Of a stretch of DNA of 37,284 bases, positions 7,622 through 17,617 are shown one piece after another. The DNA is from a bacterium (GTDB lineage: Bacteria > Cyanobacteriota > Vampirovibrionia > Obscuribacterales > JAKAZS01), in the NCBI GenBank assembly GCA_021785395.1, contig JAJYFO010000004.1:1-37284 (forward strand), given 5' to 3'. The position numbers and the translations under genes were made by a program. The notes under the pieces are model-generated. The model worked only from the letters and a program-made list of their open reading frames with translations. It made no database searches and was not told where the DNA came from. Positions within the stretch are counted from its first letter, which is position 1. Each line of letters begins with the position of its first letter.

Positions 7622-9332
7622 CCGTATCGAATACGATTTGTTATTAATTGGCGGTTCGCCGTCTAATTTAACATTGGCCTATGAGTTTTTAAAATTAGCC
7701 AAGACAAGTTCGCGCGAATTTTCTATCGCCATTTTAGAAAAAAGCAAAGAATTTGGCGGTCATATCATGAGTGGAGCTGTATCCAACCCCCATGTTTTAA
7801 AAAAAATATTTCCCAATTATGAAGAATTAGGTTTTCCGGTCGAAGCTATTTGTGATGACAGCAATGTTTCAGTACTTGGTATCAATAAAAAATGGGACTT
7901 ACCATCTTTTGTCTACCCTAAGTCTATGGATAAAACGGGCTACATGGTATTGACCTTAAGTTACGTAACTGCTTGGCTGGCTCGTCAGGTTGAAGAGCTA
8001 GCCAAAGACGTTCCGAACGTATCTCTCGATATTTTTACTGGTTTTTCAGCGCATAGCGTTAAAATTGAAAACGAAAAAGTCGTTGGTGTAAGCGTCGTAG
8101 AAGAACCAAAATCAGATGATGACTATGTTTTTGCTAAATTTTCGGCTTTTGGTGATAAGGGCTTTATTTCTCGTGATGTCATCGACCATTTTAAACTGAG
8201 AAATAACCCACAGATCTGGTCAGTTGGTGTTAAGGAAGTATGGCAGTGCAATGCCAACTATAGTGGTAAAGTTTGGCATACTTTAGGTTACCCACTTTTA
8301 GACGGCACTTTTGGTGGTGGCTTTGTTTATGGTATGAAAGACAATAAACTGACTATTGGCCTTGTAATCAGTCTTGATAGCCAAGACCCCAATTTAAATC
8401 CCCAGGAAAAATTACAAGAATACAAAAAACACCCTTGGATACAAGGTATGATTAAAGACGGCAAGTTGTTGAAGTATGGAGCAGCTCTTTTGCCAGAAGG
8501 TGGTTATTACAGCCTTCCGTCTAAGTTTTACGTTAATGGGGCAATTCTGCTAGGCGATGCTTTAGGTGTTCTGGATGTCAAAAACTTGGCTGGTATAGAT
8601 AGAGCCATGGAATGTGGCCATATAGCAGCTAAAGTAATCTATGACGCCATAATTAATGATAATTATCACAGCGACGCCTTAAAAGACTATCAGTTGAAGT
8701 TGCAAGATAGCTTTGTCATCAAAGAGGCATATAATAACCGCTATTTCCGTTATGCTTTCCAAGAAAACCACGATTTACTCGGTAAATACTTGCCAGATAT
8801 AGCTAAAAGTATCGACAAATCATCGCCTTATTTTGGTATGTTAAAAATTGGCTTTAAGCACCCTTTTAAGTCCACTAAAGATGGACTAAGGTCTTTGGCT
8901 TTGATCGAAGGTAAAATAGATATTGGGCCGATAACTTATAAATCAGATTCAAGCCATATAATCCCTGATTTTGTTAAACCCAAATACGATGAACCGGTTA
9001 ACTATGATAAGCAAACTATTTATTCAAGACCTGACGCTGTCTTTTTTGCTTCGACAAAGTACCATGAAGGTAATAAGCATATTGACGAGTTTAAGGCCCA
9101 GACCTGTGTTACCTGTATTCAAAAGTACGAAAGTCTAAACAAGACTACACCATGTGTTTCTGACTGTACCGCTGAAGTACATCGTATCGATGTTATTGAT
9201 AGCGTCAAAAGGCATGGAATGTCACTGGAAAACTGTATTCATTGTCGAACCTGTGAAATAGTATGCCCTGAACTCAATTTAAGGGTAAAACCAACCAGTC
9301 AAGGCTCTGGACCAGATTTTCAAGGCTTGTAA
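7605..9332 (+). CDS. electron transfer flavoprotein:quinone oxidoreductase (ETF-QO) with a C-terminal 4Fe-4S motif
   Basis: YDLLLIGGSPSNL FAD fold, GGHIMSGAV, PQIWSVGVKEVW, and C-terminal CIHCRTCEIVCP. TTG 7605 has GGAGGA 7 nt upstream. The track start TTG 7590 is an alternative. Confidence 0.88.
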   Translation: MSDQDNRIEYDLLLIGGSPSNLTLAYEFLKLAKTSSREFSIAILEKSKEFGGHIMSGAVSNPHVLKKIFPNYEELGFPVEAICDDSNVSVLGINKKWDLPSFVYPKSMDKTGYMVLTLSYVTAWLARQVEELAKDVPNVSLDIFTGFSAHSVKIENEKVVGVSVVEEPKSDDDYVFAKFSAFGDKGFISRDVIDHFKLRNNPQIWSVGVKEVWQCNANYSGKVWHTLGYPLLDGTFGGGFVYGMKDNKLTIGLVISLDSQDPNLNPQEKLQEYKKHPWIQGMIKDGKLLKYGAALLPEGGYYSLPSKFYVNGAILLGDALGVLDVKNLAGIDRAMECGHIAAKVIYDAIINDNYHSDALKDYQLKLQDSFVIKEAYNNRYFRYAFQENHDLLGKYLPDIAKSIDKSSPYFGMLKIGFKHPFKSTKDGLRSLALIEGKIDIGPITYKSDSSHIIPDFVKPKYDEPVNYDKQTIYSRPDAVFFASTKYHEGNKHIDEFKAQTCVTCIQKYESLNKTTPCVSDCTAEVHRIDVIDSVKRHGMSLENCIHCRTCEIVCPELNLRVKPTSQGSGPDFQGL

Positions 9333-9348
9333 AAATAATTAATTAGAT

Positions 9349-9846
9349 ATGCAATCTCTAAATTTATTTAACTGGATAAAACAAAACGAAGGTCAAATGG
9401 TACCACCAGTTGGTAACAAGGTTATTTGGCCAGATAGAGATTTTATTGTCATGATTATTAAAGGTCCAAATAATCGCAAAGATTTTCACATTAATGGTGG
9501 AGAAGAGTTTTTCTACCAGCTTAAGGGTAATATGGTATTAAAAACTTATGTCGACAATAAGTTTCGTAATGTTGAAATCAAAGAGGGTGAAATTTTTTTA
9601 TTACCGCCTAATACCCCACATAGCCCTCAAAGACCAAAAGATTCTATTGGTATGGTTATCGAAAAAAGAAGAGGAGCTAATGAAATAGACTCTTTTGCCT
9701 GGTATTGCGATAATTGTATGTCAAAACTTTATCAAGAAGATTTTCATCTCACAGACATAGCATCGCAATTTCCACCAATTTTTAAGAGGTTTTATGCAAG
9801 CGGTTTTAATAAGTGCAAGAATTGTGGTTTTGAATTAATCGAATAA
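9349..9846 (+). CDS. 3-hydroxyanthranilate 3,4-dioxygenase
   Basis: Cupin core RKDFHINGGEEFFYQLKGNM...PPNTPHSPQR. C-terminal CDNC...CKNC rubredoxin-like site typical of this enzyme. Confidence 0.9.
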   Translation: MQSLNLFNWIKQNEGQMVPPVGNKVIWPDRDFIVMIIKGPNNRKDFHINGGEEFFYQLKGNMVLKTYVDNKFRNVEIKEGEIFLLPPNTPHSPQRPKDSIGMVIEKRRGANEIDSFAWYCDNCMSKLYQEDFHLTDIASQFPPIFKRFYASGFNKCKNCGFELIE

Positions 9847-9866
9847 ATTTAAAATTGAGGTAGATT

Positions 9867-10871
9867 TTGAAAATTGATATTCATACCCATATTTTACCAA
9901 AATCAATACCTGATTTTAAAACTAAATTTGGATATGGCGGTTTTATTCATTCGCCAGATTTAAGCGAACCTAATAAAGACGTTAAATTATACAAAGATAG
10001 CGGGGATTTCTTTCGAACTGTTCAATACAATTGTTTTGACCTGGCGACCAGGGTACTTGACTGTAAAGAAAATAATGTAACTTGTCAGGTTTTATCTACC
10101 GTACCGGTTATGTTTAGTTATTTTGCCAAACCAGACGATGGTTTATATATTAGTCAGTTTTTAAATGATGATTTGGCTCGTAGTATTGGCGATTATCCTC
10201 ACAATTTTAAAGGGCTTGGTACATTACCAATGCAAAGTATACCTTTGGCTGTTACTGAATTAGAGCGCTGCATTAGAGATTTAAAATTATTAGGTATTGA
10301 AATAGGGACACATATTAATGAATATAATTTAGACGACGAAATATTTTATCCATTATATGAGGCTTGTTCAGACTTAAACGCCGTGATATTTATCCATCCC
10401 TGGGATATGCTAGGTCAAAAACAAATGCCCAAGTACTTTTTACCTTGGCTTGTGGGTATGCCTATGGAATTATCGCTGGCTATTTCATCGATGATATTCG
10501 GTGGAATTTTTGTTAAATTTCCCAAGCTTAAAGTTTGTTTTGCCCATGGTGGCGGGTCGTTTAGTTTTACGCTAGGTCGCATTGACCACGCTTATAGTGT
10601 TAGACCCGATTTATGCGCTAAAAATATTGATTTATCGCCCAAGCATTTTGTTGATAAATTTTACGTCGATTCGCTGGTGCATAGTCAGGAATCACTAGAT
10701 TTTATTGTAAAAATTTTTGGTTCAGATAGAATTATGGTAGGATCTGATTATCCCTTTGTTCTGGGTGAAAATAAGCCTGGTCAAATTATAGAAGAAAATA
10801 AAAATCTAAGTTGGCCTGATAAAGAAAAAATTAAATTCAAAAATGCCAAAGCCTTTTTGAATTTGTCTTGA
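9867..10871 (+). CDS. 2-amino-3-carboxymuconate-6-semialdehyde decarboxylase (ACMSD, amidohydrolase_2 family)
   Basis: KIDIHTHILP, IHPWDM, FAHGGGSF and GSDYPF metal-ligand motifs. TTG start with gagg upstream. Sits between the dioxygenase and kynureninase genes. Confidence 0.85.
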   Translation: MKIDIHTHILPKSIPDFKTKFGYGGFIHSPDLSEPNKDVKLYKDSGDFFRTVQYNCFDLATRVLDCKENNVTCQVLSTVPVMFSYFAKPDDGLYISQFLNDDLARSIGDYPHNFKGLGTLPMQSIPLAVTELERCIRDLKLLGIEIGTHINEYNLDDEIFYPLYEACSDLNAVIFIHPWDMLGQKQMPKYFLPWLVGMPMELSLAISSMIFGGIFVKFPKLKVCFAHGGGSFSFTLGRIDHAYSVRPDLCAKNIDLSPKHFVDKFYVDSLVHSQESLDFIVKIFGSDRIMVGSDYPFVLGENKPGQIIEENKNLSWPDKEKIKFKNAKAFLNLS

Positions 10872-10887
10872 AATTAAGGATTGCATA

Positions 10888-12168
10888 ATGACTATATTAA
10901 CCAAATTTGACAATACCCTTGAATCTGCTAGATTACTCGATAAAAATGATGAATTGTCGGCATACCGTGATTACTTTCACATTCCCAAAAATAAACAAAA
11001 TCAAGACGTAATTTATTTGGCTGGAAATTCTTTGGGACTAGCTCCAAAAATTTGTTCTGAGTATATCAACGAAGTTTTAAGCGACTGGCGCGATTATGGT
11101 GTCGAAGGTCATTTTAAGGCTAAAAATGCTTGGATGCCATATCACGAACTGGTAACTGAAGGGCTAAGTAATTTGACTAAAGCAGTTCCTAATGAAGTCG
11201 TAGCCATGAATTCTTTAACCGTAAATTTGCATTTGATGCTCGTATCGTTTTATCGACCTAATTCTAACCGCTATAAAATATTAATCGAGTCCAATACATT
11301 TCCGTCAGATAAATACGCTGTAGCAAGTCAGGCTAGGTTTCATGGCTATGACGATAAAGATGCTATAATTGAATTTAAAAGTTCTAACGGTGATTTGATT
11401 ATTCCAACGGTAGATATTATTGATACTATTGAAAAAAATAAAGATATCCTGGCGTTAATATTAATCGGCCAACCTAATTATTTAACAGGTCAAGCTTTTG
11501 ACCTAGATCCTATTATTGAAATGGCTAGAAAATATAAAATTCCGATAGGTTTAAATTTGGCTCATGGTATCGGTAATTTGAACCTTGATTTGCACGCATT
11601 AAACGTAGACTTTGCCGTGTGGTGCAGTTATAAATATTTAAATTCAGGGCCTGGCGGTATAGCTGGATTGTTTATACACGAAAGGCACCATAGAGACGTC
11701 GACAGGCCAAAATTTTGTGGTTGGTGGGGGCATAATCAGCGTAACCGTTTTACTATGCCAGGAAATTTTGAGTCTGAGCCTGGAGCCTATGGTTATCAGT
11801 TAAGTAATCCGCCAATATTTCAGTTGGCTGCCTTAAGAGCCAGCCTTGATATTTTTAACAAAGCCAAAATCGATAATTTGAGGCGTAAAAGTATAAATCT
11901 AACAAATTACCTTGAGTTTTTATTGAAAAACAATCCTAAAACCCAGGCATTAATTAAGGTCATAACGCCGTCTTCGTATTTAGAGCGCGGCAGTCAGTTA
12001 TCTTTACAAATATTAAACACTAATAAAAACTTTGTCGAAAACTTACAGCAAAACGGTATTATAGCTGATTTTCGTGAACCTGACATTATCAGATTCGCTC
12101 CGGTAGCCCTTTATAATACATATACCGATGTTTATAATTGTGTCAAAATCCTTGGAGATATTTTATAA
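10888..12168 (+). CDS. kynU: kynureninase (PLP-dependent)
   Basis: YLAGNSLGLAP, and WCSYKYLNSGPGG containing the PLP lysine. Typical length of 426 aa. Confidence 0.92.
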   Translation: MTILTKFDNTLESARLLDKNDELSAYRDYFHIPKNKQNQDVIYLAGNSLGLAPKICSEYINEVLSDWRDYGVEGHFKAKNAWMPYHELVTEGLSNLTKAVPNEVVAMNSLTVNLHLMLVSFYRPNSNRYKILIESNTFPSDKYAVASQARFHGYDDKDAIIEFKSSNGDLIIPTVDIIDTIEKNKDILALILIGQPNYLTGQAFDLDPIIEMARKYKIPIGLNLAHGIGNLNLDLHALNVDFAVWCSYKYLNSGPGGIAGLFIHERHHRDVDRPKFCGWWGHNQRNRFTMPGNFESEPGAYGYQLSNPPIFQLAALRASLDIFNKAKIDNLRRKSINLTNYLEFLLKNNPKTQALIKVITPSSYLERGSQLSLQILNTNKNFVENLQQNGIIADFREPDIIRFAPVALYNTYTDVYNCVKILGDIL

Positions 12169-12169
12169 A

Positions 12170-13591
12170 ATGACCGATAAATCTAAACACCTAACGCTAA
12201 TTGGTGCTGGTTTGGTAGGCAGTTTACTGGCCATAGTTCTAGCTCGGCACGGGTATAAGATTAAATTATTAGAAAAACGACCCGATATGCGCAAGCTAAT
12301 CGTCGACCGTGGCAGGTCTATTAACCTGGCTATTTCTACCAGAGGCATCAAGGCTCTAGATATAATTGGCCTAAAAGACACTATTTTAGCTAAAGCTATC
12401 GCTATGTATGGTAGGGCTATTCATAATATGGGTGGAAATGTGACGTTTCAGCCGTATGGAATTAATAATAACTACTATATCAACTCTATTTCTCGAAGCG
12501 CTTTAAATATTGACTTGTTAAATGAATGTTCAAAATATAACGATATTGAAATTTTATTTGGTCAAAATGTTGTTGAGGTTGATTTTGATAATTCTAAGAT
12601 TATTACTGACAATAAAGACCAATATAGTTTTAATACCCTAATTGGCTGTGACGGGTCGGCTTCGGTAATTAGAAGTTTCTATAAATTTAAGCCTGGTTTT
12701 AAGCAAAGTATCGACGAACTTGATTACGGCTATAAAGAATTTACGATTAGACCAAATCCTGATGGTAGTTTTAAAATGGCTGAAAATGCTTTGCATATCT
12801 GGCCAAGGGGTAATTTTATGCTAATTGCTTTGCCTAATTTGGAAGCAAGTTTTACCGTCACTCTATTCTTACCCTACATTGGTGATATAAGTTTTGCCAA
12901 ATTAAAAACTAAACCCGATATAGAAGCATTTTTTAAAACTTACTTTAAAGATACGATTGACCTAATCGACGATTACGCCGATAATTTCCTAAATTCTCCT
13001 ACTGGCCATATGGTTACGGTCAAATCTGACCCATGGAGTATCGGCGATAAGGCTCTATTAATTGGCGATGCGGCTCATGGGATCATTCCTTTTTATGGCC
13101 AGGGTATGAATTGCGGTTTTGAAGACGTTAGTGTACTGGACTCTTTACTTGGGTCAAACAATGATACTTTAAGTAATTTAGACCTTACCAGTTTATTTGC
13201 CGAATTTTTTGCCAAGCGCAAGCCTAATTGTGACGCTATAAGCGATATGGCGTATGAGAATTTTATTGAAATGCGCGATAAAGTTGGTGATACAAAATTT
13301 TTATTCTTTAAAAAAATAGAAGCTGTCCTTGAACATAAGTTTAAAGGTGAATACTTTTCGCGCTATACTTTGGTCAGTTTTAGTAATCTGCCTTATAATT
13401 TCGCCAAATTAATGGGTGAAGTCAATTATGAGATTTTAAACGAATTGGCTCAAAATATTTCTGACCACAACGAAATAGACTTTGATTTAGCCAGTGAATT
13501 GATTAAGTCTAAGACAAAACCTTTGATAAATAAATACGCAAGTGAATTAAAAGACTTAATAAACGACGACCCTTATAAACAGAATAAATAA
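12170..13591 (+). CDS. kmo: kynurenine 3-monooxygenase (FAD-dependent)
   Basis: LIGAGLVGSLLA dinucleotide fold, CDGSASVIR, and LIGDAAHGIIPFYGQGMNCGFED. ATG 12170 lies 1 nt after the kynU stop with ggaga upstream. Track start 12128 overlaps kynU and was rejected. Confidence 0.9.
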   Translation: MTDKSKHLTLIGAGLVGSLLAIVLARHGYKIKLLEKRPDMRKLIVDRGRSINLAISTRGIKALDIIGLKDTILAKAIAMYGRAIHNMGGNVTFQPYGINNNYYINSISRSALNIDLLNECSKYNDIEILFGQNVVEVDFDNSKIITDNKDQYSFNTLIGCDGSASVIRSFYKFKPGFKQSIDELDYGYKEFTIRPNPDGSFKMAENALHIWPRGNFMLIALPNLEASFTVTLFLPYIGDISFAKLKTKPDIEAFFKTYFKDTIDLIDDYADNFLNSPTGHMVTVKSDPWSIGDKALLIGDAAHGIIPFYGQGMNCGFEDVSVLDSLLGSNNDTLSNLDLTSLFAEFFAKRKPNCDAISDMAYENFIEMRDKVGDTKFLFFKKIEAVLEHKFKGEYFSRYTLVSFSNLPYNFAKLMGEVNYEILNELAQNISDHNEIDFDLASELIKSKTKPLINKYASELKDLINDDPYKQNK

Positions 13592-13612
13592 AATTAGCCA
13601 TAATTTAAACCA

Positions 13613-13897
13613 ATGAACGATTTTGAATGTCTAAAAATTATTGTAAGTGGTAAAGTTCAAGGCGTTTTTTTTCGACAATCGACGCATAAACTGGCTAATG
13701 ACCTTAAGCTAATGGGTTATGTTAAAAATCTGGCCACTGGCGACGTCGAAATCTTAGTTTATGGTAGCACCGATAATATTACGCGGCTCTTGTCTTTTGT
13801 TAATATAGGTCCACCGTCTGCTTACGTTTTTAGGCTAAGGCTTAGCGTTGCCGACGGTAAATCGTTCGATTATACTGATTTTAGAATAGAAAGTTAG
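13613..13897 (+). CDS. acyP: acylphosphatase
   Basis: 94 aa. VSGKVQGVFFRQST...GYVKNLATGDVEI matches the acylphosphatase signature. Confidence 0.85.
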   Translation: MNDFECLKIIVSGKVQGVFFRQSTHKLANDLKLMGYVKNLATGDVEILVYGSTDNITRLLSFVNIGPPSAYVFRLRLSVADGKSFDYTDFRIES

Positions 13898-13900
13898 TAG

Positions 13901-14212
13901 CTATTTTTCCATATCTGGTAAAAAGTCGTTATTATGTTCTATCTGCGAAATGTAAGATAGGCGTCTGCGCTCAGCTTCGGAGAAAGAACTCGATTCTGTG
14001 GTTAAAAGCTTTATCATACTTAAGGGTATGATATGTTTTTCGTAGTCGCGGTCATTGGGGTTGTCTTCGTTGCCGTACGATTCAATTTCGAGATAATCGT
14101 GACCAATTCTAAATATACGGCCGATGATAACTGAATTATCCATGAAATGCACTCTAACCCATGATTTATTATCAGCCAATTTTTCCATCCGTAATTTTAA
14201 ATTCATGACCAT
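13901..14212 (-). CDS. hypothetical small protein (possible Sm-like/beta-barrel core)
   Basis: ATG 14212 with AGGAG 7 nt upstream on the minus strand. VRVHFMDNSVIIGRIFRIGHDYLEIES resembles small beta-barrel proteins. No family named. Confidence 0.55.
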   Translation of the reverse strand: MVMNLKLRMEKLADNKSWVRVHFMDNSVIIGRIFRIGHDYLEIESYGNEDNPNDRDYEKHIIPLSMIKLLTTESSSFSEAERRRLSYISQIEHNNDFLPDMEK

Positions 14213-14329
14213 AATTAACTCCTAAATGTATTTTAGTTAAGTTCTCAGAATTTTTCTGACAGCTTCAATTTAGTTATTGCAAGAATAACTAGAAAACTTC
14301 GTGAAAAAGCATCAGACTCACCATTGACA

Positions 14330-14357
14330 ATTATAGCAAAGTTGTCAAGAAAATCAA
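14330..14357 (-). promoter_or_regulatory. candidate sigma70-type promoter for 13901..14212 (TTGATT-16 nt-TATAAT on the minus strand)
   Basis: Minus-strand reading gives ttgatt (14352..14357), a 16-nt spacer and tataat (14330..14335). It overlaps the inverted repeat TTGACAA-n11-TTGTCAA (14324..14348). Confidence 0.3.
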
Positions 14358-14547
14358 CGATCATTAGCAAATATTAATTCTAATTTAATTTTTGTTGTAA
14401 ACCAAAATTTTATTTCAATTTTAATCTTTTTTGCCGTTTCAATACTTCAAATAAATCCAAGCAGGTTAAACTTAATTTATCTATGGGTAAATTAAAGTTA
14501 AGGCTAGCTATAAAATTTGAGCTCAAAAATTAGAGGTCAAGACATTT

Positions 14548-15357
14548 ATGAAAAATCATAGGTATTTTAACAGACAACTTAAACCTTTGACGGCTATTTT
14601 ATTAATAGTTTCATTTATTTTAACTGCCTCCGTTAAAGCTAACGAAGAATGTTACATACTAACGCAAAAGAGTCAGTCTTTGGGTGATTTGTACTTGTAC
14701 TTATGCCAAGATGCCATCAAGGTTTTTATCCCGAAGCGCAATTATGGAATGATTTCTAGAGCCCCAAATTGGCAGATTGTTTTGTTCAATACTTCAACTA
14801 AAAAGTATTTTATAACTAATATGGAAAAATTCAAGGGTAATTTTGCTGGTAAATTGGTAGCTTTTAAAGGCGACGCGGATACTTCTAAAAACTGGATTGC
14901 CCGAAAATCATCGGTAATTTGCGGTTTAGCGGCTAGGGAGTATTGTTTGGAAAACATAAACACAAAGTCCAATATAACTAATTATCGTGGTGTTAGAAGG
15001 AATGTCGCTAATTTGAAAGATATAAATTATTGGGTATGCGAAAAAATTAATATAAGTGACAAAATCTCGCAAATGCTGACCAAATTTTACGGGCTACCGG
15101 ATATTAAATTTTTGCCCTTAAAACTTGATTACGTAAGTACCAATAATGAAACGACTAATGTTTTAACCACGTACAGGATTAATAAATATCTAGCACCATT
15201 GAATTATTTTAATATCCCAAACGGTTTCTTGGCTGTGGCTAGCGAGTCGGAAGTTCTGTTAGATAACGAATCACAGCAAATGATAAACGATTTGGCCAAG
15301 GATTTGGGTAATTCTGACCCAACTGTTATTGATTCGTTGACTAAGAAAGTTAGATGA
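14548..15357 (+). CDS. hypothetical secreted protein, probably co-transcribed with the downstream histidine kinase
   Basis: Signal-peptide-like N-terminus (LKPLTAILLIVSFILTASVKA). agagg upstream. 19-nt gap to the kinase gene. No family recognised. Confidence 0.6.
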   Translation: MKNHRYFNRQLKPLTAILLIVSFILTASVKANEECYILTQKSQSLGDLYLYLCQDAIKVFIPKRNYGMISRAPNWQIVLFNTSTKKYFITNMEKFKGNFAGKLVAFKGDADTSKNWIARKSSVICGLAAREYCLENINTKSNITNYRGVRRNVANLKDINYWVCEKINISDKISQMLTKFYGLPDIKFLPLKLDYVSTNNETTNVLTTYRINKYLAPLNYFNIPNGFLAVASESEVLLDNESQQMINDLAKDLGNSDPTVIDSLTKKVR

Positions 15358-15376
15358 TAATTATTCGCTTCAAACT

Positions 15377-17614
15377 ATGAAATTACAGCTTAAACTATCG
15401 CATAAAGGAATAATATTAGTAACTGTACCGTTAGTTTTTGCAACTGTGTTTTTGCTCATTTTAACACTGCTATTAAACCAGGCTGAAAAAGAAATCCAGG
15501 CTCAAATAAGAGCCAAGGCTCTGGTGACCGAAGCAGGAGAACTGCAAAAGTCCTTTTACGACGCTGGTGTGGCTATGGCTGGCTATAGTATTACTAAAAG
15601 CCCACTATTTGCTGATAGATTCGATAATATTCTAAAACAAATACCCAAGATTTTGGATAGTTTAAATTCTCTGGTCGGTGATAACCCCAAACAGCAACAG
15701 ATATTAGCCGAGTTAAAATCTATCGCTAATTCAGCCTTGAAAATTCTGTCTGAGGCTAAGACGGCTTTGGCTACCGATGAAATCGATATAGCTCAAATGA
15801 AGTCGCGCAATGTTTACCAGCAGGCCAGAGCCTTAACCGATAAATTAAAGGTTACCATTAATGATTTAACAGCCGACGAAGAGCAACTTGTAAATAAAAA
15901 AAATAGTCCGATAGATTCAAAATTACAGGTTAAAATTTTCCTGGCCATAGGCTTTTTGATAAATATTATAATCGCCGTATTGCTAGCTTTATTTTTTAGC
16001 AAAGGAATCGGTAAACGTATTGAAATTTTAACCGATAATTCTATCCGATTAGCTAGAGGTCAGGAATTAAATGCACTAGTATCGGGTAACGATGAAATTG
16101 CTCAGTTAGATAAAGTTTTCCATGCTATGGCTGTAAATTTACAAGAAGCCATGGAAAAAGAGCGGGCTATCGTTGAAAACGCAGCTGATGTGATTTGTTC
16201 GATCAATTCAGAAGGAAAATTTTCGGCTATAAGTCCAGCCTGTAAAGAGTTGTGGGGTTATAGTCCTGATGAACTTTTAGGCCGTAAATTTGTCGACCTC
16301 GTTTGCAACGATGATTTGCCAGAAACCATAAAATCTGCCCGTCAAGTCCGGCAAAGTAAAGTTACCACAGCCTTTGAAAATAGAACTTTAAAAAAAGACG
16401 GTAGTCTGGTTACCGTTTTATGGTCAGCTTACTGGTCAGAACGTGAGCGGTCCATGTTTTGCGTGGCCCATGATATAACGCAGCGTAAATTGGCCGAAGA
16501 GGCTATTAAAGCAAGCGAAGAGCGAATTAGAACTATTATTGAAAACATGATGGTGGGTCTATTAATAATTACGCCAAGTGGTATTATAGAAGCCGTTAAT
16601 CCGTCTAGTGAGAGAATTTTTGGGGTTACGGCTAAAGAACTAGTAGGCAAACATATATTGGCTTTGTTTAGTGAATCTCGTTTTATGGATTACAGTAAAG
16701 ACTATGATAGAAATCAGTTTTTAGAAACGTTTTTTACCAAGTCTTTAAATCGGGTTGGTGAATTTGACGCCATAAAACTAATCGGTAATGACGAAGATTT
16801 CCCGGTTGAAATTTCTTTAACCGAGTTTAACGTTGGCGGAAGTTTAAAATTTATGGCCAATATACTCGACGTTTCGGAACGCAAAGAATTGGAAAAAATG
16901 AAAAAAGAATTCGTCGCTACCGTATCCCACGAATTACGCACACCGCTTACTTCTATTCGTGGGTCGTTAACCTTACTGTCAGTTGGAGCTTTGGGTGTTT
17001 TACCCGAAGGTGTCAAAAAAGTAGTTTCGATAGCCGAACGCAATACGATAAGACTTATTGGCTTGATCAATGATATTCTTGATATTGAAAAACTAGAAGC
17101 TGGCAAACTTGATATGGTCATGGACGATTTAGCTTTAAGCAATGTTATAGAAAGGTCACAAGAATCGGTCAAGTCATTTGCCGAACAGCATGGTGTCAAT
17201 TTAATCATGGCTCAAACGGATATCAAAGTCCACGCTGACGGAGATAGGTTAGTCCAGGTTTTAGTCAATTTACTATCTAACGCTTGTAAATTTTCACCTA
17301 AAGGTGGCAATGTAAGGGTAGACGTTATTGACATTCCGAACTGGGTGGAAGTTAGGGTAATCGATCAAGGCCGCGGTATTCCTGAAAAATTCAAGAATTT
17401 ACTGTTTCAGAAATTTCAACAGGTTGAAGCTTCGGATTCCAGGAAAAAAGGAGGTACGGGTTTAGGTTTGGTAATTTGTAAGGGTATAATCGAGCAACAT
17501 GGTGGTATAATTGGGGTGGATAGTGTTGAGGGTCAAGGTAGTACTTTTTATTTTAGAATACCTAAAATAAAAGAGCCTACCGAAATTAATAAAGTAATCC
17601 TAAAGCAGGCTTAA
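15377..17614 (+). CDS. sensor histidine kinase (2 TM with CHASE3-like extracytoplasmic domain, HAMP, 2 PAS, HisKA, HATPase_c); no receiver or Hpt domain
   Basis: TM helices at aa ~12-33 and ~185-206. PAS-like ENAADVICSINSEGKF and IENMMVGLLIITPSGII. H-box VSHELRTPLTSI. N/G boxes LLSNACKFSP, DQGRGIP, GGTGLGLVICK. Confidence 0.9.
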   Translation: MKLQLKLSHKGIILVTVPLVFATVFLLILTLLLNQAEKEIQAQIRAKALVTEAGELQKSFYDAGVAMAGYSITKSPLFADRFDNILKQIPKILDSLNSLVGDNPKQQQILAELKSIANSALKILSEAKTALATDEIDIAQMKSRNVYQQARALTDKLKVTINDLTADEEQLVNKKNSPIDSKLQVKIFLAIGFLINIIIAVLLALFFSKGIGKRIEILTDNSIRLARGQELNALVSGNDEIAQLDKVFHAMAVNLQEAMEKERAIVENAADVICSINSEGKFSAISPACKELWGYSPDELLGRKFVDLVCNDDLPETIKSARQVRQSKVTTAFENRTLKKDGSLVTVLWSAYWSERERSMFCVAHDITQRKLAEEAIKASEERIRTIIENMMVGLLIITPSGIIEAVNPSSERIFGVTAKELVGKHILALFSESRFMDYSKDYDRNQFLETFFTKSLNRVGEFDAIKLIGNDEDFPVEISLTEFNVGGSLKFMANILDVSERKELEKMKKEFVATVSHELRTPLTSIRGSLTLLSVGALGVLPEGVKKVVSIAERNTIRLIGLINDILDIEKLEAGKLDMVMDDLALSNVIERSQESVKSFAEQHGVNLIMAQTDIKVHADGDRLVQVLVNLLSNACKFSPKGGNVRVDVIDIPNWVEVRVIDQGRGIPEKFKNLLFQKFQQVEASDSRKKGGTGLGLVICKGIIEQHGGIIGVDSVEGQGSTFYFRIPKIKEPTEINKVILKQA

Positions 17615-17617
17615 CGC

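Noticed and set aside
16714-17208. 164-aa ORF antisense to the histidine kinase gene
   Set aside because: It lies entirely inside a CDS whose sense frame carries the PAS, H-box and ATPase motifs. The antisense product is Ser/Ile-rich low complexity with no start context. It is a typical shadow ORF.
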